In this document: positions 11,854-25,978 of the stretch, piece after piece
How the letters are laid out: each line of letters begins with the position of its first letter
Position numbering within the stretch: position 1 is the stretch's first letter
Translations under genes and position numbers: made by a program
The notes under the pieces: model-generated
Told to the model about the DNA's origin: nothing
The model's database searches: none
What the model saw: the letters and a program-made list of their open reading frames with translations, nothing else
Assembly: GCA_964016885.1 (NCBI GenBank)
Contig: OZ024741.1
Location: 98,022,001 to 98,086,000, forward strand
Direction of reading: 5' to 3'
Length of the DNA: 64,000 bases
From: Eledone cirrhosa
Lineage: Eukaryota

Positions 11854-14800
11854 ATGTTCTGTTGTCTACGAAAAACCATAACATCTCGACAACTACACTT
11901 CATAAAAGAATGTGCCTCGTCCCGAGTTTACACCAACACCATCAACACCGACGTAAGAAGATTACAACTCACCAAAAAACAAGCAGATAGGCTAAAACGA
12001 ACACTAATTCTAAACATAAAAAAGAAGATCTATAGAGAATTAAGTCATCAAGAAAAACATAAGCGTAACCTAATACAAGAAATAGCTAGGATCACCACAC
12101 CAAGAGAGAAACTAATATTTATAAGCCTTATACGTCCTGAAGAACAGTACATTGCTCAAGAATGTGATAAGCACTTTAACAAGAAAGTAAAGTGGCTTAA
12201 GCAGATAAAACTAAATCAGGATACTGTAGAGAATACCAATAGATATCCCGACAAATTTGACGGTATAAATATGGCCGACACCTCATTAACAGATGAGTTC
12301 AACAACAACAACAACAACACAAATATATACGGCAACACGGCAATAGATGACGATGAGTTATCTGTATTACTTCTACCACCGAAATTTGCGACATTCAAGA
12401 AGGTAAATATGATTAGTTGTCTGTCAGAAATAGAAAAATCATTTACAAAATTACGTTGGACCCTCAAAAACAAAAACAAAAACAAAAGTAACAATATACG
12501 CACACACATATACAACACACATCCCAACAACAACAGACACACAGACACAAACAACAATAACAACAACACACACACCAACAATAATAACATACCCAGAAAC
12601 AACAACAACAGACACGCAGACACAAACAAAAATAACAACACACACAACAATAATAACACACACGGAGACAACAACAACAACACATCAACAACAGCACACA
12701 TCAACAACAACAACACACACACATTCAATGCCTCTCACCACCAACACAATCTTAACGAACACACAGACACAGAAAACAAGTAATGACAGTAGCACAGAAA
12801 TCACAGAAATAAGGGAAAGTAATAGGATTAAAAGGAGAAGGGAGACTATGGACAAAGAAAATAATCAAGACGAACACACAGACACACAAAATAGAGTAGA
12901 TAATAACAATGAGCCAGTGGAAAGAGACAGGAGTAATTATGAGAGACATAGAAACAACCATGAGGCTGTTGGTGGAAATAGAAATAGAAATAGAAATAGA
13001 AACAACACAACTAACAATAACAATAACACTAGTACACATAAAGCAACAGCCTGGAACTCTACTTTTTATAATCCCTCCGATAAGTCGTTCGACCTGCGAC
13101 GAGTCCACGCCACGACTTTACCATTTAACAAACGCACGCAATTGCCGTCGCAGGTCGATGAACAAACAGAAGCACAATTTAGTATAGCTAAATCCGAACT
13201 TAGAAATATTATAGATCAGTATAGCAAGAAGCATAATAGAATGGAGGCCCAGCAACTGGGAAAAAAATCTGCAAATGGCTTGCGTAAGCTCATCCAGCGC
13301 TCGTGTAAGGGAGAGATAGCATGCTTTCCAACAGACAAGTCTGGCAGAATGTCGGTTGACAGCCTGCCAAATTATTAGGATAGAGAAAAAGCCCTCAATG
13401 CTCATATGGTGATGTGGACGAATATAATGCAGCCCAACAAAAGGACTGCCAACAACGTCCAGGCCTGGAACAATGACGTGCCGGCGTTGTGTGGGCTTCG
13501 AAAAGACCATAAAACGGGCAGTGACCCTGTCACCGGACCACCAACACGGCCAGTCTGTGGGGCTAACATTGCTAGTAATTACAGACTGTCCTACTTCATT
13601 TCCCTGATCATACGCCCCATCATTGAAATGTCCCCAGATGTATGTGACAGCACGGAGGACCTCCTCAGCAGAATCGGCGAGAGTAACCGATCTAGGGACC
13701 TAACAAACTGCATAATAGGTAGTATGGATGTTGTGTTCCTGTATCCATCTATTGACGTGGATTTTGCTGTGGAGAAATGCGTAGAAATGATCAGTGAGAG
13801 CAATGTTGAGTTCCGTGGGATTGATACCAGTGAGCTGGGACTCCTACTTAGACTGACCTATAGTAATAATTACCTAGACACATATGACCTTAGCAACCTG
13901 TGCCCTACAAGACCAGCAAGAGGCAGACCACCTACCATTACCTCAATGGCCAAGAAAACCCACACAGATAGATGGAACGGGTGGACCAGAGCCATACGGA
14001 CACCCGAAAACCACGATGAACTGAAGAAAATGATTGCACATGCGGTAAGGGCCAGCATAAAACAAACCCTTAAGGAACATATGTTCAAATTTAATCGAAA
14101 AACATATGCCCAAGAGGAAGGAGCAGCCATTGGTGTTAGCATTGCAGGCGACATAGCTAACTTATTCATGGTATGGTGGGACAGTAGACTTAAACTTAAA
14201 CTTAAAGAACAATTAGAAGACCCCTTAACCCTGATAATGTACTCCCGCTACTTTGACGATATAAACAGTGTAGTTAAGACACCCCCACTAGAGAACAGTC
14301 AGGAACTAGAGAAAAACACAATGGAAAGCATCCAGCAAATAGCTAACTCCATCCACCAGAGTATTAGAGTTACTATAGACTACCCAAGCAAACACGCCAA
14401 CTATCGATTACCTGTACTAGACACAGAGCTCTGGTTAGATACCATTAATAACAAAGAACAAATCTTCCATTCCCATTATGCCAAACCCATGACTTCCAAA
14501 CATCTGATCCACCGAAACTCGGCTGTTTCGGACCATACCAAAATCAACATACTGATTGCGGATTTGGTACGGGTGATGAGAAACGTGTCCCGCATGTGCA
14601 ACCCCGAAGAACTAGAGAGACACATACAACACTTCATCCACCGTATGCAGTTCTCTGGTTACAACAGAGAGATAGAATCAGAGTGTGTAGAGGAGCCAGA
14701 ACCAAATGGGAAAAAATGGTAAATAATGACACAAATGGGACCTGCCCCTTGAATAGGAGCAAATTTTGGAATAGAATAGAAAGAACTAGGAATAACGCTG

Positions 14801-15382
14801 ATAGAATATACTCATGGTATGATAGCAATAAATACCAGAGTGTAATGTTCATCGATACAACCCCTGGAGGTGAATTAGCTTACAAATTTAGAAGGGCCCT
14901 AGATGAACATAAACTCAATATTAAGATAGTAGAAAGACCAGGTACCTCCGTAAAAACACTTATTAGCAAGACATACCCTTTCCAAAGACCCCCCCCCCTG
15001 TATAGATAAGAAATGTATAACCTGTAAAATAAGCCCCCATATTAACTGTAAAACTAGAAATGTAGTGTATAGCATAAGATGTACGGAAGGACAATGTAGA
15101 GACAAAAATATAGTGTACATAGGTGAGACAGCTCGTAGTGTAGGGGAACGGATAAATGAACACTGGCGAGACATTCAAGATAGTAAAGAATCATCTGTAC
15201 TCTACCAACATGCTAAAATAGAACATAAGGGTAAATTAGAGAACATAGAAATAAAAATAGAATCTACACACAGAAAAGACGCAATGTTTAGACAAATCAC
15301 AGAGGCAATAAACATAAAAGAATTACAACCAAAATTAAATAGAAAATATGAGTGGAACAGCAACATCACAACTTACAATTAA
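11854..15382 (+). pseudogene. Frameshifted Penelope-like polyprotein (RT, Cys-rich linker, GIY-YIG endonuclease)
   Basis: ATG in accaccATG context; PTDKSG, TRPVCG, SMDVVFLYPSI, GAAIGVSIAGDIANLFM, SRYFDD, LPVLD, YAKP; then VVYSIRC...VYIGETARS...RINEH...EAINI; breaks near 12780, 13378, 14660, 14995. Confidence 0.9.
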
Positions 15383-15582
15383 GGACAAAATGAAAACACA
15401 CACACACATAGAACAAACAACCAACCGGTAACATGTAAATAAACAAATAAATAAACAAATATAAACACACACAGACACCCGGATATGGCGCAGGCGCAGA
15501 CTGAGCACACAACACACACACAGAAACAAAATGGCGTAGGACAGAACAAAGGAGAGACACAAAAACAAAGAAAAGAATCCCA

Positions 15583-15625
15583 GTCACTGAAGAGGTCACA
15601 GAATGTGTGACGAAAGAACTTTGAC
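15583..15625 (+). ncRNA. Minimal type I hammerhead ribozyme in the 3' pLTR
   Basis: gtca-CUGAAGA-ggtcaca gaatg tgtgac-GAAA-gaac-UU-tgac, sense to the ORF as known for PLE pLTRs. Confidence 0.75.
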
Positions 15626-15843
15626 AATATATAAACAACTATCTGGTTGTGGAACCAACCAACCAACCAACCAGAAATTTATAAATTCCTAAATTTATAA
15701 ATTTATTATAATAAATTGAAGTGAAAGCAACTGGTGCGTGTGTTTCTTATTGGCAACATGACCCTCCCAAAGTATAACAATATCAGTTTCAACACACGAT
15801 TTCAGATAAAGAATCTTGCTAAACAAATTCAGAAACGAAATAT

Positions 15844-16402
<559 letters not shown>

Positions 16403-16637
16403 ATAATAAAAAGGACGATTTGATATGTTTACATTACGTTTTTTGAGTAGTGACACGCGTTTCGCATTAAATATATATATATTGATATATATATATATAT
16501 ATATAACACATAGTTTATCGCTCTACATATAAATGTAATCTGAGGTTTTCGAATTATGCAAACAGCCTCCTTATAGCCATGTCTGCAGAATGACCCTATC
16601 ATTCTTGCTCTTGTGTTGGCATGTATGCATATAAATA

Positions 16638-16707
<70 letters not shown>

Positions 16708-16959
16708 TACATACAAACACACACACACATATATATATATATATAGAGAGAGATAGATAGATACATGCAGTACAACAACAACAGAAGGGCGGACAGGATA
16801 TTTACTCTAGAATTTTAATGCTCCAGCTTTATCATCCGGTCATGTTGCAAGATTTAAATGATTTCATCAGGTGTTACTTGCAGAATTAGTTCCATAAGAC
16901 CACAGGATTATGTAGAAATTAAAAAGAATTGAAAATAGAAAATAGGGGACAGATTCGAA

Positions 16960-17110
16960 GATCGTTTGGCAGGCTGACCCCCAGAACACAGTCTTCTTAG
17001 ATTTGATCTTCGCCTCTAATTGAAAATGGGCTTCATCAGAGATCCACTGCAGATTGTGAAAATTTGAGTTGATTTCCATCTTCTCCAGCATTTTTCAGTC
17101 ATATCCATTC
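16960..17110 (-). mobile_element. Tc1/mariner-type transposase remnant
   Basis: WISDEAHFQLEAKIKSKKTVFWGS resembles the WFSDEAHFxL...N.R.WGS motif around the first catalytic Asp. Confidence 0.6.
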
Positions 17111-17349
17111 TCTTGGTCCTGTCAGCTACAGCTGTTTTTTTTTATTTGTTTTGTCTTTATTCTGTAGTGGTACTTTGACAACCTTTCAGCAAATCTCTTT
17201 GGAGAGATGTGATATAGATGCATCGTGAGAACGAACACTCAATACCGAAGTAGTATTTAATAATAATCAGACAATAATTTTGCCTGATGATCGAATGAGT
17301 TCACAGGCAACACTCCAGAGTAACAAGTACTATAAACTACCCATAATAC

Positions 17350-17438
<89 letters not shown>

Positions 17439-18575
17439 TGTTTGTGTGTGTGCGTGTGTATTTATATATATATATATATAGAGAGAGAGAGATGGGTAAA
17501 TATGTGTATGTGTGATAAATATGTGTTTATACGTATAGCATTTACAAATCTCCAATTCTAACAGAGTGAATGTGTGTGATTGTGTGTTGTGTGTTCTGTT
17601 TATCTGTGTACAAATTGTTCAAGATTCGACATGACGATTTTCAAATATAATATATAAAAAAGAAACCGCATATAACATCCCCTGCCCATCTCGATCTCTT
17701 TTCAACTTCTCCGTAATGAAAAATAAAACCACAAAAATTAACATAAACAAAAAGGAGCAAATTAAAGCTGAACAGAAATTTGACAGAAAAAAAATAACAG
17801 AAAAAATACAAAACTTATAATAAATGATAAAAGCAAACAAAAATTAAATAAATACATATTCAGGGAAAATATTTAAACATTAAATTGTGCACTCCAACGA
17901 ACAGTGTATTAAACGCTTACGTCAGACATGCTAGATCAGTGATAAATCTTTGTAGAAAACACATTTTGTACAGTAAATGCTTCATGTACATTTAACAGAG
18001 CATGTTATACTTAAGTTTAATTCATTAATTCTAATTCAATCATTTATCAAGTTATTCCATCTATTTAGATTTTGTATCTTATATTTTATATTTGCTTTCA
18101 TAGATGTATATTGTTTTTTTTTTATTTTGTTGTTGTTTAATGTATTAAGTGTACGTTAAAATGTATATAAATTCATAAATACATTAAAGATCTCTCCCCC
18201 TTCCCCTCTCTCTGTCTCTCACTTTCTCGTGTTTTGTAGAGTTTGATTTTCAATTCCGCCCAATGTTTTTGTTTGATTATATCCTGTTTTCATAATATTT
18301 TACGATCTTTATTTGCTCTTTTTTTGTATTGATTTTATTGTAAGAGTTTTGTTTCCTTTTTGTTGTTTTATTATTATGTTCTTTAATATTATGCATTATC
18401 GTTTTAGTAAAGAAGAACTGATGTGTTTTCGTTTACGTGAAAACGAGGGTTATTTAGTGTATACCAGTCTATATGACTATCTTTATGGATGTAATGTATA
18501 TTCTTTCCCATCAGTGTTATGTCTATAATGAGAATTCACCAATACAAATGTCTACTTTTATAATATTTTCCAGTG

Positions 18576-18671
<96 letters not shown>

Positions 18672-18860
18672 AGTATATATAATTTGTTTGACGAGTGAGA
18701 AAGAGCGGATTATGAATGGAGTGTCACAACATTATGTTGTTTAGAATCTAGTTGTTCGAGCATATGTATTTTTTTGTTGATGAATATTTATTTTCAAATT
18801 TGCCTATTACTATGTATAAATTTATTTATTCATATATATATTTATTTATTTATTATGTAT

Positions 18861-19579
18861 AATAATTGTTTCTACTTTTGGCACAAGGCCAGCAAATTAT
18901 CCAGTTTATTACTGGTACTTTATTTTATCGACCACGTAAGGCAAACTTAACCTCGGCGGAATTCGAACTCGGAATTGAAAGGGCCGTAATTCTTTGCGTC
19001 AAAGCATGGAGTCCGACCCTCTACCGATACTGCCAATCCACCGCCATTATGTTTAATAATTGTTTCTACTTTAGGCACAAGACCAGCAATTATCCAGTGT
19101 ATTACTGGTACTTTATTATATCGACCACGTAAGGATGAAAGACAAATTTAACCTCGGCGGAATTTGTACTCAGAATTGAAAGGGCCGTAACTCTTTGCGT
19201 CAAAGCATGGAGTCCGACTCTCTACCGATACTGCCAATCCACCGCCATTATGTTTAATAATTGTTTCTACTTTAGGCACAAGGCCAGCAAGTATCCAGTG
19301 TATTACTGGTACTTTATTATATCGACCACGTAAGGATGAAAGACAAATTTAACCTCGGCGGAATTTGTACTCGGAATTGAAAGGGCCGTAACTCTTTGCG
19401 TCAAAGCATGGAGTCCGACTCTCTACCGATACTGCCAATCCACCGCCATTATGTTTAATAATTGTTTCTACTTTAGGCACAGGCCAGCAAATACCCAGTG
19501 CATTACTGGTACTTTATTTTATCGACCCCGTAAGGATGAAAGGCAAAGTCAACCTCGGCGGGGCTTGAACTCAGATCGT
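18861..19579 (-). mobile_element. Head-to-tail array of 4 SINE units (~201-bp period)
   Basis: Units start at ~18861, 19055, 19256, 19457; identical junction ccaccgcc-attatgttt-aataattgtttctac. Confidence 0.9.
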
Positions 19580-20514
19580 ATTAATAATGATTTATAAAAC
19601 AGGTAGAACGCCTCAAATCATCGATCATGTTAGCAACATTACTTCATTGCATTTTACCAAACACAAAAGGAACCCAGGCAATTTTCACATACGACCCGAT
19701 TAAATAGACGGCCTACAAATTATATATTTATTTATTTTAACATATCATTATCATTATGTACTCAACTACATATGTGATGGGTCAATCTTTATAGCTATCC
19801 TTGTATATACGTTCATGTTTATATGCATTTTGTATGAAAATATAAGTGTAGAAAATATACTACGAATATATAATTTATTTAAAGTATATATAATTTATTT
19901 AAAGTATATATATATATTTTTTTTAATATATATATACAAGTACGTGTGTGTGGTGGGGGAGGGGGTTGCACCTATATATAGCTTGGACAATGGAGAAAAA
20001 AAACGACGAGTTTAAGTGCTTAAATACTTCATTGTTTTCCGATCGTTTCAAAATGTTCTATGAGCCATGGTAATATTGATATAATTACCAGTACATATTA
20101 TTACCTTGCCGATGCTAACTTTGCCTTTCATCCTTACACAGTCGATAAAATAAAGTACTAGTAATGCTCTGGGTAATTGCTTGCTTTGTGCCAAAATTAG
20201 AAACAATTATTTGCTTCGATAAAATCCTCCAATCTCCTCAGAAACAACGAAACATTTCATTTACTATCTCAGTCATGTTTCTGAAGTACGAATTTACCTT
20301 TCCCATCATTAGGTTATGTGTTCAAACTCTATATTACAACCTGTAAATAGTTATCTCTCCAAATAGAGAAAGAAATATTTAGAGAAAAGTAGAGTGTCAA
20401 AAACTGATTAAGATTTAGTTTTAAAATGTTTCGTGCGTATAGATTTGCAAAAGGAATATCATAATATATATATATGTGTGTGTGTGTGTGTGTATGCATG
20501 TATATAATTATGTT

Positions 20515-20552
<38 letters not shown>

Positions 20553-20645
20553 AGTAGAAGGGTTATTTAATTTGCTGGAAATTCAACAAATATAAATGTT
20601 TATAACTGATTCAGAGCACTCGACAATTTTCTGGAGTATATACAC

Positions 20646-20801
20646 AATGATATTAAATAAATGGAAACTATATTTATAAAACCATATTTATTCTATTATA
20701 TATATTTCAAGGGTACCAAAAACTTTGGTACGCATTCATCAGATAAAATAATAGAATAAATATGGTTTTATAAATATAGTTTCTATTTATTTAATATCAT
20801 T
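20646..20801. repeat. ~54-bp inverted repeat enclosing an HHR-like core
   Basis: aatgatattaaataaatggaaactat...ttctattat versus ataatagaa...atagtttctatttatttaatatcatt. Confidence 0.85.
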
Positions 20802-21564
20802 ATATATGTAGGTATTTGTGTACGTATGTATGTCTTCATGTGTGTATATATGTATGGATAGATTGATGTATGCATGTATATGTATATATATGTATTTGTA
20901 TGTATGTGTATATATATATATGTTATATATATGCATGTATTTATATATGTATGTATGTATGTATTATATATGTATGTATATATGTTTGTATGTATCCATC
21001 ATTTAATATTTTATACATTTGCTGAAAATATCTTAAAAGTGCTTAACTAACGATAGTTGCTTTTAATATCAAATATTTGTGCATTATCATGCCTGAAAGA
21101 TGTTGCCTTAATTCATTCATCCTTCACAATATTAAGGGTTTAAACGAAATCGTGAATCGATGGTAAGGGACCACATCAAATAGATTTAAGTGTCTCGTTC
21201 GTGTTCTTCTCGCAATTACATGGTTTACGAACAGATATTGCTGAAACAAAAGCTATAACGGAATAATTTACTTCAGAAGTGTTTTGGGAATGCGTATCGT
21301 TATATCTAGTATAGACACAGTCTGGTGAGGAGACACAATGCATCAAACACAACATTTAGTTATTTATTTAAGTATTTATGTATTTATTTATTCATCTATA
21401 CACATTTATTTACATTTTTGATATTGAGATAACATTTTCAGCAGTTCAAATTGTATCAATATTATTATTAACTTTTCTCTTCGGCCAATCCCTTATTAAC
21501 TTCGTCAAGTTTCAGTTGGAAAGAAAAGTAAGGTGGGAGAGAGAAGTGGTGCCCCTCCCCCTAC

Positions 21565-21938
21565 TACATTTGCTTAGAGGTGGATGAATGTGGGGAGAAT
21601 GGCCCGTGTGAGTGGGCATACTCTGACAATGCGCCTGTAGACTGGTTAATTTGAGGAGAGAGATGCCTACCCCGGGTGCCCTAGAAGCGTCCGGTGGTTC
21701 AGGATTGGTGGGGTACCTGAATCAACCCTGGGTGGTTAACCCCACCTATTGGGGAATTTATTTTGTTATTTTTATACATAGTTTATGTTATATTCTTTCA
21801 TTGTTACATTGGTTTTGCGATTGTGCGTTTTTTATTCGAGCTTATTGGAAACCCCTAATGTCTGTGTCATTGTATTGTCCCCTACATGTCGGCCCTTGTG
21901 GCAAATAAATGAAATCATCATCATTATTATGATTATTA
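21565..21938 (+). mobile_element. L1/Tx1 LINE 3'-end fragment (3' UTR and tail)
   Basis: Similar to ~770-1050 (gtgagtgggc..actctga..atgc.cctgtag...ggttcaggattggtggggtacctgaatcaaccc). Confidence 0.75.
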
Positions 21939-21939
21939 A

Positions 21940-24900
21940 TGGTCGTCGGATTGTGAAGACATATATTTATTAACTCCAAGAGTTGGTTAATCTTCAAGTT
22001 TTTGTATTGAATTAATTGTATATTTTGTGACGCCACTTGTTATGGACTTGTGTAAAAATGGCCCGGTAACATTTGGGACTTTGGGCCAAAGAAAAATATG
22101 AACAAGACATACCCCCTCCCGTTAAGTGAGCTGTCAAGTGACAGTGACTTAAACTTCGAGCGGAGTAGCACCGTGCCACCCACAACTATTGAAAACACCA
22201 TCATGACTGTATCGCCAACAACAGAACAACCAACAAAAACAACGACAATAACAACACCAACACCAGTGAGAACACTAATGAGAACAAAAATGATAACATC
22301 AATAACAGCAGCAACAACAGCAAAACCATCAACAACAGCAACAACGACACTAACGAAAACACTATCAGCTACAATGAAGAGCAACAAAACAGCAGCACTA
22401 AAAGGAACAACAACAATAGAGGCATCAACAAGAGTACTTCAGCAGTCACAGCAGGAAAGAGTCAAACGCTTTACAATTTCGATTTAACAGAAAAAAATGT
22501 AGAGAGAAAACCTGGACCATCTTAAACGTCCCGGCAGAAGTAATGGCAGCGAAGGCCAGGAGAAAATTGTAATATAGATGGATTTCAGTGAAATCTCGGA
22601 AAGTCAAGATAGCTTCTGAAGAACAATAATTGTTTCTATTTTTGGCACGCGGCCAGCAATTACCCAGTGCATTACTAGTACTTTATTTTATCGACCCCGT
22701 AAGGATGAAAGTCAAAGTTAACCTCAGCCGGATTTGCACTAAGAATGGAAAGGGCCGTAACTCTATGCGTCAAAGCATGGCGTCGACCCTCTACCGATAC
22801 TGCCAATCCACCTCCCTTCTGAAGAACAATAATTGTTTCTACTTTAGGCACAAGGCCAGCAATTATCCAGTGCATTACTGGTACTTTATTTTATCGACCC
22901 CATAAGGATGAAAGTCAAAGTCAACCTCGGCGGGATTTGCTCTCAGATCGTAAAGAGACGTAACTATGCTGGAAAGCATGGCGTCTGACCCTCTACCGAT
23001 ACTGCAAGAACAATAATTGTTTCTACATTAGGCACAAGGCCAGCAATTACCCAGTGCATTACTGGTACTTTATTTTATCGACCCCGTAAGGATGACAGGC
23101 AAAGTCAACCTCGGCGGGATTTGAACTCAGATCGTAAAGGGACGTAACTATGCTGGAAAGCATGGCGTCCGACCCTCTACCGATACTGCAAATCCACCGA
23201 TACTACAAGAACAATAATGACATACAACAAGGGCCAAACAATTTGGAAGCACCTTGGTGCTCGTCAATCCTGAGTCTCTTGCTATCAAGCATTCTGTTAT
23301 CTCCTGAAAACGGACCAAATGATCATGTACTCGTCCTACCTGGGAAGGGGGGGCTATAAGGGCCCGTGTTCCCTGGATTCCACTGGCACTGAACTAGTTG
23401 TGGATCCTGGAATACGTGGTAGCAGAGGGCCCTGACACCCTCCTCGGTGTCAAGTTTACAAAGACGGGAGGATGTTCGGGACAGGTTTATATGTTCTTCT
23501 ACAAATCAGACGTCAAGACATCAAAAATATCTCGGACCGCTTCATACTACCGGACGTGTACAAAATCCAAGTGGTCACGGAGGACTAACGGCCGCACTGT
23601 TTCGTTTGTGGTGAAGCCACACATCTGTGAGCCTTTTTCCACCAACTAAAAACTACAAGGGCTCACAAAATTCCGTTTTTCCCAAGACCCGGACCAGTAC
23701 AAAAGACAACACTAACATCAGCAGTAGCCAGAGTAAAGGAAACAGCAGCACCAGCAACAGTAGCAGCAGCAGCAACAACACCAACGAGGACCATTAAAAC
23801 CACCCTGGTAGTCGACCAAACAACATCTCCTTTTCCCCCCCTTTGAATCATTCACACATACAGAGTAATACTCATACACCCGTAAACACACTCACACTCC
23901 TCTCAGACAGAGCGTTCCCAAGCATCAGTTTCTTCACATCCCCATGTGAATATAAAAGGGATCCCTAAAAACTGAAAAACCAAAAATGAAAACACGAAAA
24001 GAAAACACAGACACAACTACAACAACACCAACATCCCAACCGTCAGCCTCCACCACGAACAACACCGACAAAACCGCAAATGATGCACCACAAAAGAGAA
24101 CACACACAGGCACCAACAATGACAGAAACACCTTCCTTCATGTTTCTAAGAAGGGCCATCATAAACCGTATGGCCCTTATAACACGAAGTCAAGATATTG
24201 AGAAAGAGGTGGAGATTTTGTTACCTGCACTTTCAAAGTACCCCAAATACTGCTGATGGTGCGTATGCCGATAAACACTTATAACACATTAGGGAGAGCC
24301 ACCCCGACGACGTGCAGACACCTAATGTGAAAGCCACGAGCAGGCTTTTAAATGGGTCCCCAATGAAAACACCACCAACGATGGAGGTCGAACCACCCGG
24401 TCGAAATCTTTCTGTCCTGTTTTTATCTAGCAACTTGGCCATCCTAATAGTAAGATGTTTAAATATTCGTGGCGTTGTGTCGTCCTGGAAGTAGGGTAAT
24501 CTGCTGAACGACCTAAAGTCACTAGATATGGATTGATTGTTGTCAGCGACACCAAGATTTCCGACACAAATGCATTAGCACCCATTTTCGATGACTATCA
24601 ACTCTTCGTACCTCTTCGTGGATACGGAATAGAAGGTGGGGTGGTAGTGCTATTTAGGAAAGGCCTGGATCTCGAGGTAAGTTCGATCTTCCGGGATCTA
24701 GACAGTAATTTGGTGGATCTGGACGTGAACAATTGTGAAGGTGGAACCTTTACACTGATGGCCGTCTACGCCCCGACTGGGGCCCAGCGGCCGGATTACG
24801 TTAGAAGCCTGGAAGCGTTTCTGGGAAGTCTCACCATTTACTTTTAGCGGGGGAATGGAACGGTATCTTAAACACAAGCTGGGATTTGCGGGAGTAGATG

Positions 24901-25785
24901 ATAGGAGCGAGGGGTGCAAAAAACACAAATACCTAATCACCAGCGTCCAAATGTCTGACATGTACCCAGTAGATTTCCCTAATGCGCCAGTGTGAAATGG
25001 GCAAATCGTTTAGGGTCATCTAGAACGTATATAGATATGATTCTCATTACGACTATAGATAGAATTTTATAGGTTGTCCACACTTTCAAACGGTCACCTA
25101 TTCATATTACAAGCTTGTGATCTGTATGGTTGACCTACACAAGACCCGCAGGTTAGGAACTGGTTACTGGAAGTAGCGTGAGAGAAAAATAGAAAGGAGG
25201 AGGAGCTTATAGCTAAATTAGACGAGGCTATTTGTAGTGAATTGTTAGTAGCAGAAACCTTTTCTTGTTAACTGTTGGTCGCCGTTTACTAGACGCGTTT
25301 TCCCCAGCTCGTCTCCTTGATGGAGTTGCAGCCCTGGTTCAACCGAAGACCGAGATGGAGCTTTTGGAGACTCGAATGTCTTCAGGCGCTCACAGCCCTC
25401 AGCCAATCTGGTACTACGATCGGTGGATACTCCACTTTGGTGTTCTATGGATAGTTAGTCGAGGATAAGAGCGACGAAGTTCTAGGGGAGACCCTGGGCG
25501 TCGATGAAAATCAATTAGCCGATCTCTTCCGGACAGCTTTCGGGCTGGGGCCCAAGACAGTTTACAGAAATCCCTGGCCTGGCCTGGCCGTGCTACTGAG
25601 GAGCTTTGCCACTTCCAGATGAACTATACAGGTATGGAAGTGCCGTCAGCTGGATCATTCTTTGTTTTTGTGTTTCTTTTATACACGCAGAAACCCATAT
25701 CTGTACCTCCTCTGTTGTCCTTATTTTTTTTTATTTTTCGTAAACTCTTTTGAGGTTAATAAAGAAAACATTATTATCATTATTG
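21940..25785 (+). mobile_element. Highly degenerate, once near full-length L1/Tx1 LINE (Thr-rich ORF1, APE remnant, 3' end)
   Basis: 24445-24850 translates to LNIRG..SSWK*GNLLNDLKSLD..IVVSDTKI...GGVVVLFRKGL...AVYAPTG, homologous to 55250-55581; GYWK at ~25160; VLGETLGVDENQLA at ~25480. Confidence 0.75.
22619..23218 (-). mobile_element. Tandem array of 3 SINEs inserted in the LINE ORF1 remnant
   Basis: Three SINE units, each delimited by aagaacaataat (about 22619, 22822, 23007, 23207). Confidence 0.88.
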
Positions 25786-25787
25786 TT

Positions 25788-25978
25788 GGCGGTGGATTGG
25801 CAGTATCGGTAGAGGGTCGAACGCCATGCTTTGCAGCACAGTTACGTCCCTTTAGGGACTGAGTTCAAATCCCCCCGAGGTTAACTTTGCCTTTCATCCT
25901 TACGGGGTCGATAAAATAAAGTACCAGTAATACACTGGGTAATTGCTGTCCTTGTGCCAAAGGTAGAAACAATTATTA
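25788..25978 (+). mobile_element. Full-length SINE
   Basis: ggcggtggattggcagtatcggtag...gagttcaaatcc...gcctttcatccttacggggtcgataaaataaagtaccag...gtagaaacaattatt. Confidence 0.9.

Larger units (their letters stand above)
11054..15843 (+). mobile_element. Penelope-like retroelement, near complete: inverted 5' extension, partial 5' pLTR, ORF, 3' pLTR
   Basis: 11054-11616 is the reverse complement of ~15218-15783; 11613-11813 directly repeats ~15639-15843; RT and GIY-YIG ORF between; 3' end abuts (TA)n. Confidence 0.92.

Noticed and set aside
11854-15382. Possible programmed recoding (e.g. selenocysteine UGA as in Naiad PLEs)
   Set aside because: The breaks are frameshifts ending in TAA or TAG, not in-frame TGA, and the endonuclease is C-terminal
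16446-16470. Half hammerhead on the minus strand (gcGAAAcgcgtgUCactac)
   Set aside because: The CUGANGA half is absent (cut off by a TA run), so it cannot be called a ribozyme
17279-17312. ttgc-CUGAUGA-tcgaatgagttc...gcaa, HHR-like
   Set aside because: No GAAA box or stem III
18861-19579. Regularly spaced repeats that could suggest a CRISPR array
   Set aside because: Whole ~201-bp units repeat with no unique spacers; eukaryotic SINE array with no cas genes
25788-25880. tRNA-like A and B boxes in SINE heads
   Set aside because: No complete cloverleaf; these are SINE promoters, not tRNA genes
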